Assembly: GCA_001938485.1 (NCBI GenBank) | Contig: MQRK01242333.1 | Span: 1-55,688, forward strand | DNA length: 55,688 nt | Direction: 5' to 3' | Source: Girardia tigrina | Taxonomy: Eukaryota | Shown: in pieces, positions 11,633-23,535 of the stretch | Layout of the letters: each line of letters begins with the position of its first letter | Position numbering within the stretch: position 1 is the first letter of the stretch | The notes under the pieces: generated by a model | Seen by the model: only the letters and a program-made list of their open reading frames with translations | Told to the model about the DNA's origin: nothing | Database searches by the model: none | Program-made: the position numbers and the translations under genes

Positions 11633-12167
11633 ATAATTTATTTATATTATAAATTTTAAATGAAATTTAATATTTCAAATGTTAGTTCGATTAAAATAAT
11701 TGTTATATAAATTTAAACACAGGTAATATATAAATACATTTTAAATTCAAAAACCTTGATGTATTGCCATTTGTTCAATGTTTGTCTGTAGACCGCAAAA
11801 GTCAACTTGATAAGCAACAAAAAAGAGGGCTTTCCTTTCACTGAAAACGTGTAGGTTTAAAAGATAAAACTTAAATGGCTTGCTAGGCAGCCGCACTACT
11901 GTAATGCACTCTCAGTATAATGGGACATTCCACGAGGTAATGTTGGCTTGGTTTGTAGATAAGCCAGATAGATGAAGCTCTTTTCCACATATTGGTTATT
12001 CCTCGTGAAGTTATGGCTGTCATCCCACAAGAGTTTCTTGTGAAATTAGCTGATATGATTCCTCATATTTATTTTAAGTATAAATAATATTAAAACACAT
12101 AGATTACTATTTTTAATATATTACGGAGTTTCTTTTTAATTATCCTGATATATATTATATATTATAT

Positions 12168-12174
<7 letters not shown>

Positions 12175-12238
<64 letters not shown>
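12175..12238. repeat. Compound (TA)n(GA)n microsatellite
   Basis: Direct inspection. Confidence 0.95.
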
Positions 12239-12299
12239 AATAATTATGCTAAAGTTTTTTTAAAAGAATTATTTAATTTTGACATACTTTTCTACGCAA

Positions 12300-12430
12300 A
12301 CTTTCATTTAGATTTAATACTCCATCATCAGCAATGATAATTTAGTATTTATAAGCTTTAATGTTAGTTTTATAAAAGTTATATTTCAAGAGAAAGACTT
12401 TATTATATTTTCAAGTGTTTAGGATAATAT
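12300..12430 (-). mobile_element. Penelope-like tail, inverted copy of 13120-13212
   Basis: Reverse complement attatcctaaacacttgaa...taaaactaaca...ctaaattatcattgCTGATGAtgga aligns with attatccaaaatatcttgaa...taaaactaaca...ctaaattattattgttgatgatgga. Confidence 0.55.
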
Positions 12431-12699
12431 TTATTATATCCTTTTTATTTTTGTCCTTACAAAAGCTCAAGAAGACTTCAAAAATTTCAAGAATTGCTCT
12501 ATCTGGGATTGATTTCTGAAAAACTAAAAAAACTAATGTAAAGACTCGTACATTGGAGAAATCAATCAGAGTAAATAAACCAGATCAGCAACACAATTGA
12601 TGAAACCGAACAAAATACCAAGGATATTCCAGAAACTCAAAATAATTTAGCAACGAATCTTAACAATGGTGACAGAAGGGATCAATACCCAAGAAAATG

Positions 12700-12970
12700 A
12701 TATGTCTTGTCGTATCCAAGACTTATCTGGAAGTGAGAGAGATAAGATGTCCCTTTCGCGGATTGTATAAAGTCCACAAATGTAGACAAAAGCCAGCAAA
12801 ACTATGGAAAAACAATTCCTAAGTGATCTCTTCTTCCAGGAAAATTGAAAAAATCTCGGAGATCGAATCGAAACGACCACTTATCAGGCCTCTTGTTAGC
12901 TGAAAGAAAGTCTTTAGTTTAAGTGGACCCTCTAAAGAGCCTATATGCCCAATATGATTGAAAGAGGAGG
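12700..12970 (+). mobile_element. Degenerate dispersed element (copy B), Zn-finger-like
   Basis: Homologous to 5310-5690(-). Translations CPFADC and PICPI* suggest CxxC fingers. Confidence 0.55.
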
Positions 12971-12974
12971 TTCA

Positions 12975-13240
12975 CATTGAAGACACAAATCGTCGTCTCG
13001 AAATCTGTTTAAATGTATTATTATTTTTAATATATTATTTATCAGCATTGACGATGAACAAGGTAAAGCCCTTTCAAGTTTTAAAATAGTTAATTGAATT
13101 TCAAAAACATTTTGTCTCGATTATCCAAAATATCTTGAACATTTACATTAAATCAAAAACTTATTTCTTTAAAACTAACACTAAATGCTAAATTATTATT
13201 GTTGATGATGGAAAAAGAATATGGAAAACATGTTCAATAT
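12975..13240 (+). mobile_element. Highly degenerate Penelope-like 3' remnant with decayed hammerhead
   Basis: HIEDTNRRLEI (YIGxTxRxL-like), then attg-tTGATGA-tgg...gAAAA-catg-TT|caat with stem I attg/caat. Confidence 0.45.
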
Positions 13241-14658
13241 ATATTGCTTAAAAAGCTTTAACGAAATCATTTTTCTAGAATATAAAATTAGCGTTCACAA
13301 GACTCAATAATATGTATATAAATGAACATGATATATAGAACATTATTAATATCGGAAAAAATATGAAAAGTATTATATGGTAAAATTCACAAACATAATA
13401 ATCCTTTAATATCATTATTAATTTTTCATCTTTCATTAAGCTGCTTATAACAAACCATAAAATTTCCTCATGTTTGAGGAAGCTTATCGAAAGGAAGATA
13501 TTTTTATAAAATATAATGTTTCGTTAAATGGATTAAATAAAAAAAATAATGAAACTAATAATTTTTCATTATTAGTTTTAGTTAACTCAATATTAATTTT
13601 TTAATTGATTAATGTTATTTTGTTTCGAAAATAAATAATCAAAAAATTATGTATCAAATAAATAATAAATCACATTTTAAATTATTGCAAAAAATGATTT
13701 TTATTTTCTTTTTTATGAAACGAATTTCTTTCAAAGAAAAAAATGTAAATGAATTCTTTTATTATCTTTCTCTATAAAAATATGTCGATTTATAAAAATA
13801 TTAATTAATGATTATTATATTAATGAGTTGCGTTAAATATCAAAAGACATTTTGATATTTGTTATGGTCTTAAATCTTCAAACGAAATACTTTCTTTAAA
13901 GTAATTGAGTACACCGATTTCTTGTCTGCTCAAAGAATGAATATTTTTACTACAACAGATCTCTTTAATTTTCTTAATAAAATATATAAAAAAGAATTAT
14001 TCAAGTTTAAAAAAATTATTATTATTATTTATTTTGTTTTTTAAAAGGTTGTTCTAAGTTTATTTCTTTTCATTTTCTAAATATCATCCTTTTTCTACTT
14101 TATTTCTAAAAAAATAATCTTATTAAGAACACTGATATGATTTTCAATACATTTATTGATATCACAACTCAAATTACCTCAAGGACAATTCTCCATAAAA
14201 CTTTTGAAGTTAGGCATCGTTCTTGATAGATAACTTGTTTCTAAACCTCTAATTATTCAAAGAAATTTATAATACAATTTAATTTATAATTTCAATTACA
14301 AAATAATTTTAAATTATTTAAAAAAATATTTTAAACATATTATTTATGATTAAGATATATTAATTTAATTTAAAAGTTGTTGTTTACATTTTTGTAAAAT
14401 TGATTAAATAATCCGATGGTTTAAAATATTTAACATATCAATCTTCCATCTGGGTGGGAGAAACACAATCCTAAAACAACATACAAAACAATATATAATT
14501 AACATCATCTTATCTTATAAAAGCCCAAGTCACTCACTGCCTGCCTGCCTGCCTGCCTGCCTCACTAACGCTCATATTATCTACTTACAATTGTAAGTAG
14601 ATATTTATATTAATAATAATTCATATGAAAAATTATTATTAGCAGAATTTTCCATATG

Positions 14659-14720
14659 AATTATTATTAATATAATTATCTACTTACAATTGTAAGTAGA
14701 TAATTATATTAATAATAATT
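14659..14720. repeat. 62-bp perfect palindrome within a larger inverted duplication (14576-14705)
   Basis: aattattattaatataattatctacttacaa|ttgtaagtagataattatattaataataatt. Confidence 0.95.
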
Positions 14721-14893
14721 ATCTACTTGATATATGAAAATTTGATATATGAAAACAAATTATAAAAAGTGATATAATTGTGTCTTCTTTGTTTTAATGC
14801 ATCTGTTCCACATCCAAAATTGCTCAAATTAAAATTAAAAAATGAAATTTCTTTTCTCAATTTTACCCGTCATACATGACGGGTTATTTACTA

Positions 14894-15353
14894 ACGGATA
14901 ACATCAAATAGTAGGTGGACATGAAATAGTAGGTGTAATGAAGTTTTCAAAAAAATTTCCACCTACTATTAAAATAGTAGGTGGAATCAAATAGTAGGTG
15001 TATTTCGAAACATGATGTGTATGGTGAACGTTTTGTAAAAAAGTATTTGTCGGAATCCCAAAAAGAAACTGATCNNNNNNNNNNNNNNNNNNNNNNNNNN
15101 NNNNNNNNNNNNNNNNNNNNNNNNAGAAACTGATCACAGTGATAGTGAAGAAATATTAACTGATGATGCTTTTATTATCTATGATGAATAAATTCTTATT
15201 TTTCCAGTTTAATTCTTATTTATTTTTCAAGTTTAAGACAAGTGCAAAACAAAAGCACCAAATAGTAGGTGTAAACCAATATTGGGCGCCTTTTCAATTT
15301 TTTTTCCACCTACTATTAAAATAGTAGGTGTCCTACTATTTCATGTTATCCGT
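14894..15353. mobile_element. MITE with TA target duplication
   Basis: TIRs acggataacatcaaatagtagg / cctactatttcatgttatccgt flanked by TA. Multiple internal aatagtaggtg motifs in both orientations. Confidence 0.85.
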
Positions 15354-15993
15354 TAGTTTAAAAATATTCCTCCCAAATCTCACAGCTCTACATTCAATAT
15401 AAAGATTTAGTTTGGATTCAGCCGATTAAAGTAAATATAAACATTTATTGAAGAATCGAGCTTAGCAAATTTATTATTTATTACCACTTTCAAAATAAAT
15501 ATAAAATTGGTAAAAGCCTTTTTTAAAAGATTTGATAATTGATGAATATTTTGAAAATAGCGATAATTTTATGTTGTTTGATCCAATCGTCTCCAAATTA
15601 AGTTTTTGATCAACAAATTTTAATTTTATTTCTGGTATAGAAATGATAACTAATCATGAGAACCATCTAAATGATTTTAAAGAAAAACATTATTAAAATA
15701 CAGACAATCTTTTAAATAATATCCACAGGAAGGGATTATTCGAGACTTTTTTTGTTTTCAGTCGAATCCAAAGTTTTTCAAAGTTTTCTTTACCATTTTA
15801 TTGATACTTTTAAATCTCACTCATTCTTTTATTTTCATCAACCTGCCTTACAACTAGACTGATTATTTTTTCTCTTGTCATTTCCTTTGAAGTACACCAG
15901 ATTTATGAAGCTTTTTCTTTAGTTTTCTCATTTTTACTTCCTATTTTGGTAATTTCTAAAAATTCATTGAATATGGGTTTCTGATTTATTGAG

Positions 15994-16739
15994 TAGGGCT
16001 GGCAATTCCGGGATCTTGGACAATATTTCAATCCCGAAATCAAGGGATTAAAATGCTAGAGATCCAGGGATTTCGGGATTTCAGGAAAATTTATTTTTTA
16101 AGAGATAAAAATTACAAAAAAATTGATTACTTTTTAAATTATAATTTTTACTTTTTGGTAACAAAAGCCACTACTAATCAGTTATAATTTATAACTGCTT
16201 TGTAACTGAATAATATGGGATTTTTTTAAAAAAGTCAAAAATAAAATAAATCACTTTTTAAATTTTACTTTTTACTTTTTAGAAAAAAATTCCTTTTATT
16301 AATCAGTTATAAATCTTTTTTTATAGTTATATTCTCACTGTTCCACCAACTTCCATTGAAAATGATAAGACCTTGGACAAACTTTGTTTCTTGCTTTATC
16401 ATTTCAAATCTTTGTAAATAATGTTATGATACCAGCAAGTACAAAATATGTTTATATTGTGTTGCGTTTCCCGTAAATGTTTGTAAATTAAATGTTTGTT
16501 GAATAAATGTTATTCATTTAATTTATGATGTTGTGTTTATAATTTATGTTTTTAATTAAATTTATTACTAATTAAGTGTTAATAGTCTAAACAAAAAGGA
16601 CAGTTTGATTAGAGGGTGTCCAATAGTTTAAACTGCTATACGAAATAAAAATCAAGTATAAATATATCAATTCCGGGATTACAAAAAATAAAATCAAGAA
16701 ATCCCGGGATTGTAAAATTAACAGGTATTGCCTGCCCAA
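15994..16739. mobile_element. Non-autonomous hAT-like element
   Basis: Ends tagggctggcaat / attgcctgcccaa; subterminal (aa)tcccgggatt repeats at both ends; degenerate 8-bp flanks ttattgag / ctgttaag. Confidence 0.75.
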
Positions 16740-17080
16740 CTGTTAAGCCATTGAATATTTTTTCTTATACATTATTGGGTTCGTGGTCAAGAATAATATT
16801 CATAACTCAAAATATTTATTTTTTAAAAAAATTAATTATTTGCAAATAATTTCAAATTTGCAACATTTCCAAATAGCTTTAATATTTAGATTAATTTTAC
16901 CTAATGGGTTATATTCTCATCAATTCATATATATATAAGCAGTAAAAAGGGGTAAAACTCAGTGAACGAAAGATGAATGCAAAACTTTCGAAATACATTA
17001 TCACGAAAAGATGTATTTTTAAATAGCATCTCTTTTGTTTTATCTCTAAAAAGTTATTACAATAATGAGTAGTGATACTA

Positions 17081-18352
17081 TTAGGTTGAACCTAAAGTCT
17101 TTTCGTATTTTCTACGTTTTTTTGTTCAATTGTTTCTTATTACCAAATAAAGATATTTTATATACATGTGTTATATGTTTTTAAAGCTCTTAAACTGCTT
17201 TATCACAATATATATTAAAACTTCTAATTAGTCCTTAATATAATTATTATGGTCTTTTAGAAAAATCATAGAAAATCTTGAAATTCGTGTTCTTTTACGC
17301 CATTACTGGAAACATGACTTAAAGGCAACTGCAGCAACAAAAAAATATGCGAAGTTAAAGGCGATAATGTGGTCTCAAATAGTACTGCACAAAATTGGTT
17401 CAAAAGGTTCAACGAATGCGACATTGACCTCAGAGACAATGCACGTTCAGGCCGACCTATCACCGTACATTCCGGAGCAATTCGTGAAGCCGTCGAGACA
17501 AATCCGTCAATAAGTACTCGCAGATTGTCGGCCGAACTCGATATTCCTCAAACATCCATTGTACGACACCTTCACACTCTTGGTAAGGTCAATAGACGAT
17601 GTCGAGAAGTGCCTCATGAATTGACACAAATTCAAGACGAAAAGCGTTTCGAAACTTGTCAAAAATTACTTACCGTTTCATCCGTCGAATTGTAACTTGC
17701 GATGAAAAGTGGGTTTAATTCAGTAATCCAGAAAAACAAAATCAATGGTTGGACCCTGGACAAATGGCGAAACCGGTAGCAAAAAGAGATCGTTTCTCAA
17801 GAAAGGCACTTTTGTGTATTTGGTGGAATTTCGAAGGTGTGATTCACTTCGAGCTGGTTCCAAATGGTCGTACCATCGACGCTGACGTTTACTGCGCCCC
17901 ACTTGATCGAATGTATGCGGCACTTTGCGAGAAATACCCCACTTTGATCAATCAAAAGTGAGTTCTTCTACAACAGGACAATGCAAAACCGCACACCGCC
18001 AAACAAACAATGGAAAAAAAATTAAAAGTCTCGACGCCTTTGAACTTCTTCCACACACAGCGTATAGTCCGGATCTTGCACCACCCGANNNNNNNNNNNN
18101 NNNNNNNNNNNNNNNNNNNNNNNNNNNNNNNNNNNNNNNNNNNNNNNNNNNNNNNNNNNNNNNNNNNNNNNNNNNNNNNNNNNNNNNNNNNNNNNNNNNN
18201 NNNNNNNNNNNNNNNNNNNNNNNNNNCCATAGATGGGTTCAAGCTATAGATTCAAATGGCCTTTACTTTGAAACTTAAATGTTTTTTATTTGTTGTAAAA
18301 TTATGTTTAAATTTTTAATAAAAGATACGAAAAGACTTTTGGTTCACCCTAA
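17081..18352 (+). mobile_element. Full-length mariner transposon with disrupted transposase
   Basis: ~28-bp TIRs ttaggttgaacctaaagtcttttcgtat / atacgaaaagacttttggttcaccctaa with TA TSD. Motifs WFKRF, RSGRP, VPHEL, IVTCDEKWV, QDNAKPH, YSPDLAP. Frameshifts, stops and an N gap. Confidence 0.97.
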
Positions 18353-20028
18353 TATTAGGTCTAATAATACTATTAAGTGTTATCAGTTATAATTGAATGA
18401 GTATAATTGATAAAGTATTCAATCAGGAGCTTCACCTTAAATATGATATAATTTTTAATTTTCCTAATAAATCTTAAAAATCGATTATTTCATAAACTTA
18501 GAAATTCAAAATTATTTTTATTAAAAAAGTATTTACAAGTTTTTTTATATTTTGTTTTAATTTAGGACAGTTAGGATTGAAATAACACATAGATTTTTGA
18601 ACTAAAAAACGAATTACAACAATAAAATAATTTAAAATTAATTAACACTAAGACTATTAAAATAGATTTTCAAATCAGATAATAAAATAATTTACAAGAT
18701 GATATAAATTAAAGTTTAGTATAACATTGAAAATTAATTGTAATATAAAAATGTTTGAAATTTAATTAAAATAGAATATAAAGGAAGGTTAAATAAAATA
18801 ATGAATTGTAACTTGTACATTATAGGTTATGAATTAAAAAAATGCAAATTGTAAATAAATTTAGTTCTTTTCCAATTTATTTAAAAAAAGAAAGAAAAAA
18901 GTGCATATTTCAGTAGTTCATAATTATTCCTGTAATTTATTTAAATAAAATATCTGAAAGAAAATATGAAAATAAATTTTATTAAATGAAATTACAAAAA
19001 TTTATTAAAAAATTAAATGTCATAAAAGTAATTAAGGTAAAGAAATTTTCAACTTAATAAACGATTTATATTAATTAAACAACATAAATTAATATTAATT
19101 AAATTTTATCTCTTTCTTATAAAATTTTCTTTATATGAGATAAAAATATTTTTTCATTAAATAATTACTGTTGAAGAGAAAATGAGTAAAAATCTATTTT
19201 CAATAATTGCTTAAGTATAGAAAAGTAATTTTCACTCTTTGATATGAAATTATTCTAATTAAATTAATAATTTCATTTATTTCTCAATATTATCGATTAA
19301 TTAAAGATAATATATAATGCAATAATTTTCATTAACATGTCGAATTTTACTTTTAAATTAAATTTGAATTTCTTCTTTATGGGAATTTTTGTATTGAAAA
19401 TAGTTAAATTAAAAATTATTTTTTTATACCTAAAAAATTTTATTAAATGAATAGAAATTGTATAAAAATTCATTATTTTTATCTACAACAAAGTTAATTA
19501 ATAATTATTGTTCTCTAATAACATTTTCATATATAACAATATTCATATTTTTTATTAATTTATAACATTACCAGAGGTATCATTTTTCTTATCCTTCAAT
19601 TTTAAATTAAAAACCTAATTACTTTTGTTCCAAAAACTCATATATTATACATAACTTTAATTAGAAAGACAATTCCGGTCATCCTTGGTAAACTCGTTGT
19701 AAAGCTTTCTTTTATCACTTTTGATTGAAATAGCAAGTGCGTTTTCTAAATCTTTTTATTTGAACAAATTTATTTAATTATTTTAATAATTACTTAAGTT
19801 TATATTTCTACAATTTTACTTTTTCATTTAACCTATTTTAAAAAAGCAATATACCAACATTTTAAATTATGTTCCGACAATCAATCCAAAAACAATTTTA
19901 ATATCATTTTTCATTCAAAGTATGAGAGAAGATTCTAAAAAAATAAATTGAACTAACAAAATATAACATACTGCATTACTTATAATAAGCTTCCCTGATT
20001 GAATGGATAATTGAGTTTCGCAGAGACT

Positions 20029-20313
20029 GCAGTACCAGCATCGGTTCAAACTATAAATGGAAAATTCAGAGCCTACTGACTTTCTGGCACGGATTTAGAT
20101 GCAAGAATGCAAGCTTTCAGTGCACGGGCACGCTTCAGTTTCCCAGTTAGAAAACATCAGTCATGATCCCTCGTATTCTGTAGAGCTTATGGTGTGAAAA
20201 TAAGTTCGTATAATGAGTAATGATACACCAAAATATCCAAACATTAGTTCTATTACTTAACTTAAAGTCGAGAACCACATTATTTTGTGAAAGACTAGTA
20301 CCGCTGGTACTGC
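20029..20313. repeat. GC-richer segment bounded by an 11-bp perfect inverted repeat; possible small DNA element
   Basis: gcagtaccagc ... gctggtactgc, extendable imperfectly (cggt/accg). No clear TSD. Confidence 0.4.
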
Positions 20314-20737
20314 TGTGCGTTCGGTAATCGATCAATATCTGTCGCTTTAACCATCCATCCGTTTTATAGGCCTTGTAACAATTTTCCATGAGAAATTAAA
20401 GTTAACGTAAGTAAAATACTTTTTAACAAAAGTTTCAAATTTCAGAGATAAATGTTTTAAGAGTGAAAGTTTAATAAATTTATACAAAAGTAAAAATTTT
20501 ATTTTAGAGAAAATTTAATAAATGGATTTTGGCGAAATGTAAAATAACGAGAAGAAATTTTTTTCAATTGTGCGTAGTTTTCATTAAATAATTTTTTTGT
20601 ATAATTTCAAATTCTACTTCGGAATCAAACACGAATACTTAATTAAAATATTACTGTATATTATTAGCAAATTATTATTTATTTTATGAAAAAATAGGTC
20701 TTGAGACGTCTTACTATGCTAATTTAATGGTGATGAC

Positions 20738-20980
20738 AGAGTGGGTTGTGCAGCAGTTGCGTGGCCGTGACGCTCTAGCATTTCGGGACAAACTCTGGGT
20801 CGTGGGGAGATATTTATTTTTATCTCACATGAAAGTTTATTTTTCCCTCTGACAACTGCCATAGATTCTGCTCGTCATGGTTGTCCGTAGAGATCCCCTG
20901 CACTTTGTCGGCCACCAGATACACCGAATAAAACTGAACGGTCATCGAAAAACGGGCACCGGCCACAGCATTTCCATAAA
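20738..20980 (+). mobile_element. Putative tRNA-derived SINE, degenerate
   Basis: GC-rich island with a tRNA-like head (A-box-like gtgcagcagttgcg; B-box-like cgggacaaactctggg) and a non-coding body. Confidence 0.4.
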
Positions 20981-22879
20981 AGTTTTCATCTCCATGATTT
21001 GGAAGAACTCAACATATGTCTCAGCAATTGTCTTTCGGAACCGAGGTTTATTATCTCCAGGAACAATTAAAGATAGATTGTAAAGTCGGTATAGCAATGT
21101 CCAAATATATGTATATGCTAATATATATATATATATANNNNNNNNNNNNNNNNNNNNNNNNNNNNNNNNNNNNNNNNNNNNNNNNNNNNNNNNNNNNNNN
21201 NNNNNNNNNNNNNNNNNNNNNNNNNNNNNNNNNNNNNNNNNNNNNNNNNNNNNNNNNNNNNNNNNNNNNNNNNNNNNNNNNNNNNNNNNNNNNNNNNNNN
21301 NNNNNNNNNNNNNNNNNNNNNNNNNNNNNNNNNNNNNNNNNNNNNNNNNNNNNNNNNNNNNNNNNNNNNNNNNNNNNNNNNNNNNNNNNNNNNNNNNNNN
21401 NNNNNNNNNNNNNNNNNNNNNNNNNNNNNNNNNNNNNNNNNNNNNNNNNNNNNNNNNNNNNNNNNNNNNNNNNNNNNNNNNNNNNNNNNNNNNNNNNNNN
21501 NNNNNNNNNNNNNNNNNNNNNNNNNNNNNNNNNNNNNNNNNNNNNNNNNNNNNNNNNNNNNNNNNNNNNNNNNNNNNNNNNNNNNNNNNNNNNNNNNNNN
21601 NNNNNNNNNNNNNNNNNNNNNNNNNNNNNNNNNNNNNNNNNNNNNNNNNNNNNNNNNNNNNNNNNNNNNNNNNNNNNNNNNNNNNNATATATATATATGT
21701 GTGTAACTGAAATTATACAGCACCAAAAAATATGTTGCTTAATGATAAAATGATTGTATATATATTTCTAAAATCTAATTAATAGTTTTTATTTCATTGT
21801 CAATATTAAAGGCTGCAGATAAATTTTTTTAACTTTTGTCATCAGTTTTGAAGTTCAAAAATAAATGTAGTGCTCGCAATTTCAACATTAAATTTTAATT
21901 TAATTTAAATTTTAAATTAATTTAATTAATGTAACCCGCTGAATTTGATATATTATTTTTCTTTAATATATGTTTTTTTTTAAATCTAATTAGTATTTTT
22001 TATGTCCCCCATCTTGTTAATCCTCGCAACCGGAGGCCGAAAATAAATTTTGAACAAAAACCGTAATCAAAAAATTCAATCAATAATTTTGTTTTAATAA
22101 ACAAAATTTAGTCATTAATTTGAATTTAATAAATTTGTGTGAAAAAAGAATCTTCTTTTCTTCATTTCTCATACACAAAAATAAATATAAACGAGTTTTA
22201 TACCAGTTGTCTTTGAATACTTATTCTTTTATTCTCTATTTAAAACAACCAAAATTGATAAAGGAAAAGAAGGAATGGAAAGAAACTTGTTACTGACAAA
22301 TATTGTTTTGTATATGATTACTTTATTTCGTTGAATAATACAGTAAACATTGTACAAACTGACTTATAATTTAAATATTACAAATATTTCCCAAACTAAC
22401 TAATCAAAGTGATTGCATTTAAAAATTGTTTAATATAAGTAAAACATTTCATATGTTATTGTTCAATTATGTTAAAAATTTACAATATCGAATCCTATGT
22501 AAAATTTGTAATACTTATTTTCTTTCTCTAAATTATTAAATCAAATGATTCTGAAAAATATTTAGTAATAAATGTACATTAAATTATTTTAAAATAAAAT
22601 TAAAATTTCAAAACATCAGTCAAATGAGAAAACACAATAAAAAGAATAAAATTTATTCTTCAGCCGTATGGCACAAAAGAGTTTAAAAGGATTAAATAAA
22701 TGACAAAACAATTTAAAATTAAATAATTTAATTATTTGAAAGTAATTATAAAACTTAAAATAATTATAGGAATATATTTTTCAGAAAATGTTTTTTTTAT
22801 TTTTATATTAATGGTAAATTTAACAAAAAAAGAAAGAAATGCTTAGATGAGAAAATAATGCAAGCATAAAATAAACCTC

Positions 22880-23535
22880 ATAAAATACGGTAACTGAATA
22901 TATTAACTATATAGGAAGAAGACAGCCTTGCAAAGCGTTCTAGGAATAAATGGATAGTGGAGTTTAAGCTTTGATGCGCCAATGCCATGGACGAACTTTC
23001 TCGTGGTAGACATATAGAAATAAGAAATGGCAAATTCAAAGGAAAGGAAGATGTTAGTTATAAATCTTGACAATCGCTCTTAACACGAATAAAAAGTAGG
23101 AAACCAGCATTTCAATTTGTGCAAAACTTCCTAACATGAAAAATGATGGATATTCAAGCTCGATTTTTCAAGAACAATATATCTATATAGAGATATATTT
23201 TTAAATAAAATTATGTTTGAAGCAGAAAACTCTTTGTTGATGTACTGAAAAATGTTTCAGAAAATAGAAAATGTTAAGGATTGATTCGAAATAGTTCTGA
23301 TTGATTTTGCACAACAAGATTATCTCTGCTGATTGTGAATGTTCGGAAGGAATGAAAAAGAACTGGTCAATTAACAAAGTAGTTAGTGCATGGCAACTCT
23401 ATTATTCAAGAAGCCCATCAAAGCAAGAATGAATTGGAACAATTGGGCATGGTAAATGAGTGGTATAAACCAAACAGCCTAGATCTGATACTGTTAGAAA
23501 TTTATTTGTTCGACCATTTACAAAAATTTCTTTAT
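22880..23535 (+). mobile_element. Highly degenerate mariner transposase
   Basis: EDSLAKRSRNKWIVEFK...DELSRGRH (HTH/GRP-like) and KPNSLDLILLEIYLFDHLQKF (YSPDLAPSDFxLF-like). Confidence 0.65.

Larger units (their letters stand above)
14508..15356 (+). mobile_element. Non-autonomous Helitron-like element inserted at A|T
   Basis: Starts a|TCttatcttataaaag, contains a (CTGC)n tract, has the 3' hairpin acccgtca-taca-tgacgggt, and a terminal cTA[MITE]g|t that reconstitutes CTAG. No TSD. Confidence 0.75.
14436..15378 (+). repeat. Unclassified ~100-bp repeat, copy 2, split by a nested Helitron and MITE
   Basis: Head atcttccatctgggtgggagaaacacaatcc (14436-14507) and tail tttaaaaatattcctccc (15357-15378) join to match the uninterrupted copy at 25415-25528(-). 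Confidence 0.75.

Noticed and set aside
14894-15353. Repeated aatagtaggtg units suggestive of a CRISPR-like array
   Set aside because: Units are short, in both orientations, irregularly spaced and lie within MITE TIRs; the context is eukaryotic with no cas genes.
21016-21753. Long ORFs spanning N runs (also 41096-41574 and 43913-45052)
   Set aside because: They are open only because N codons contain no stops.
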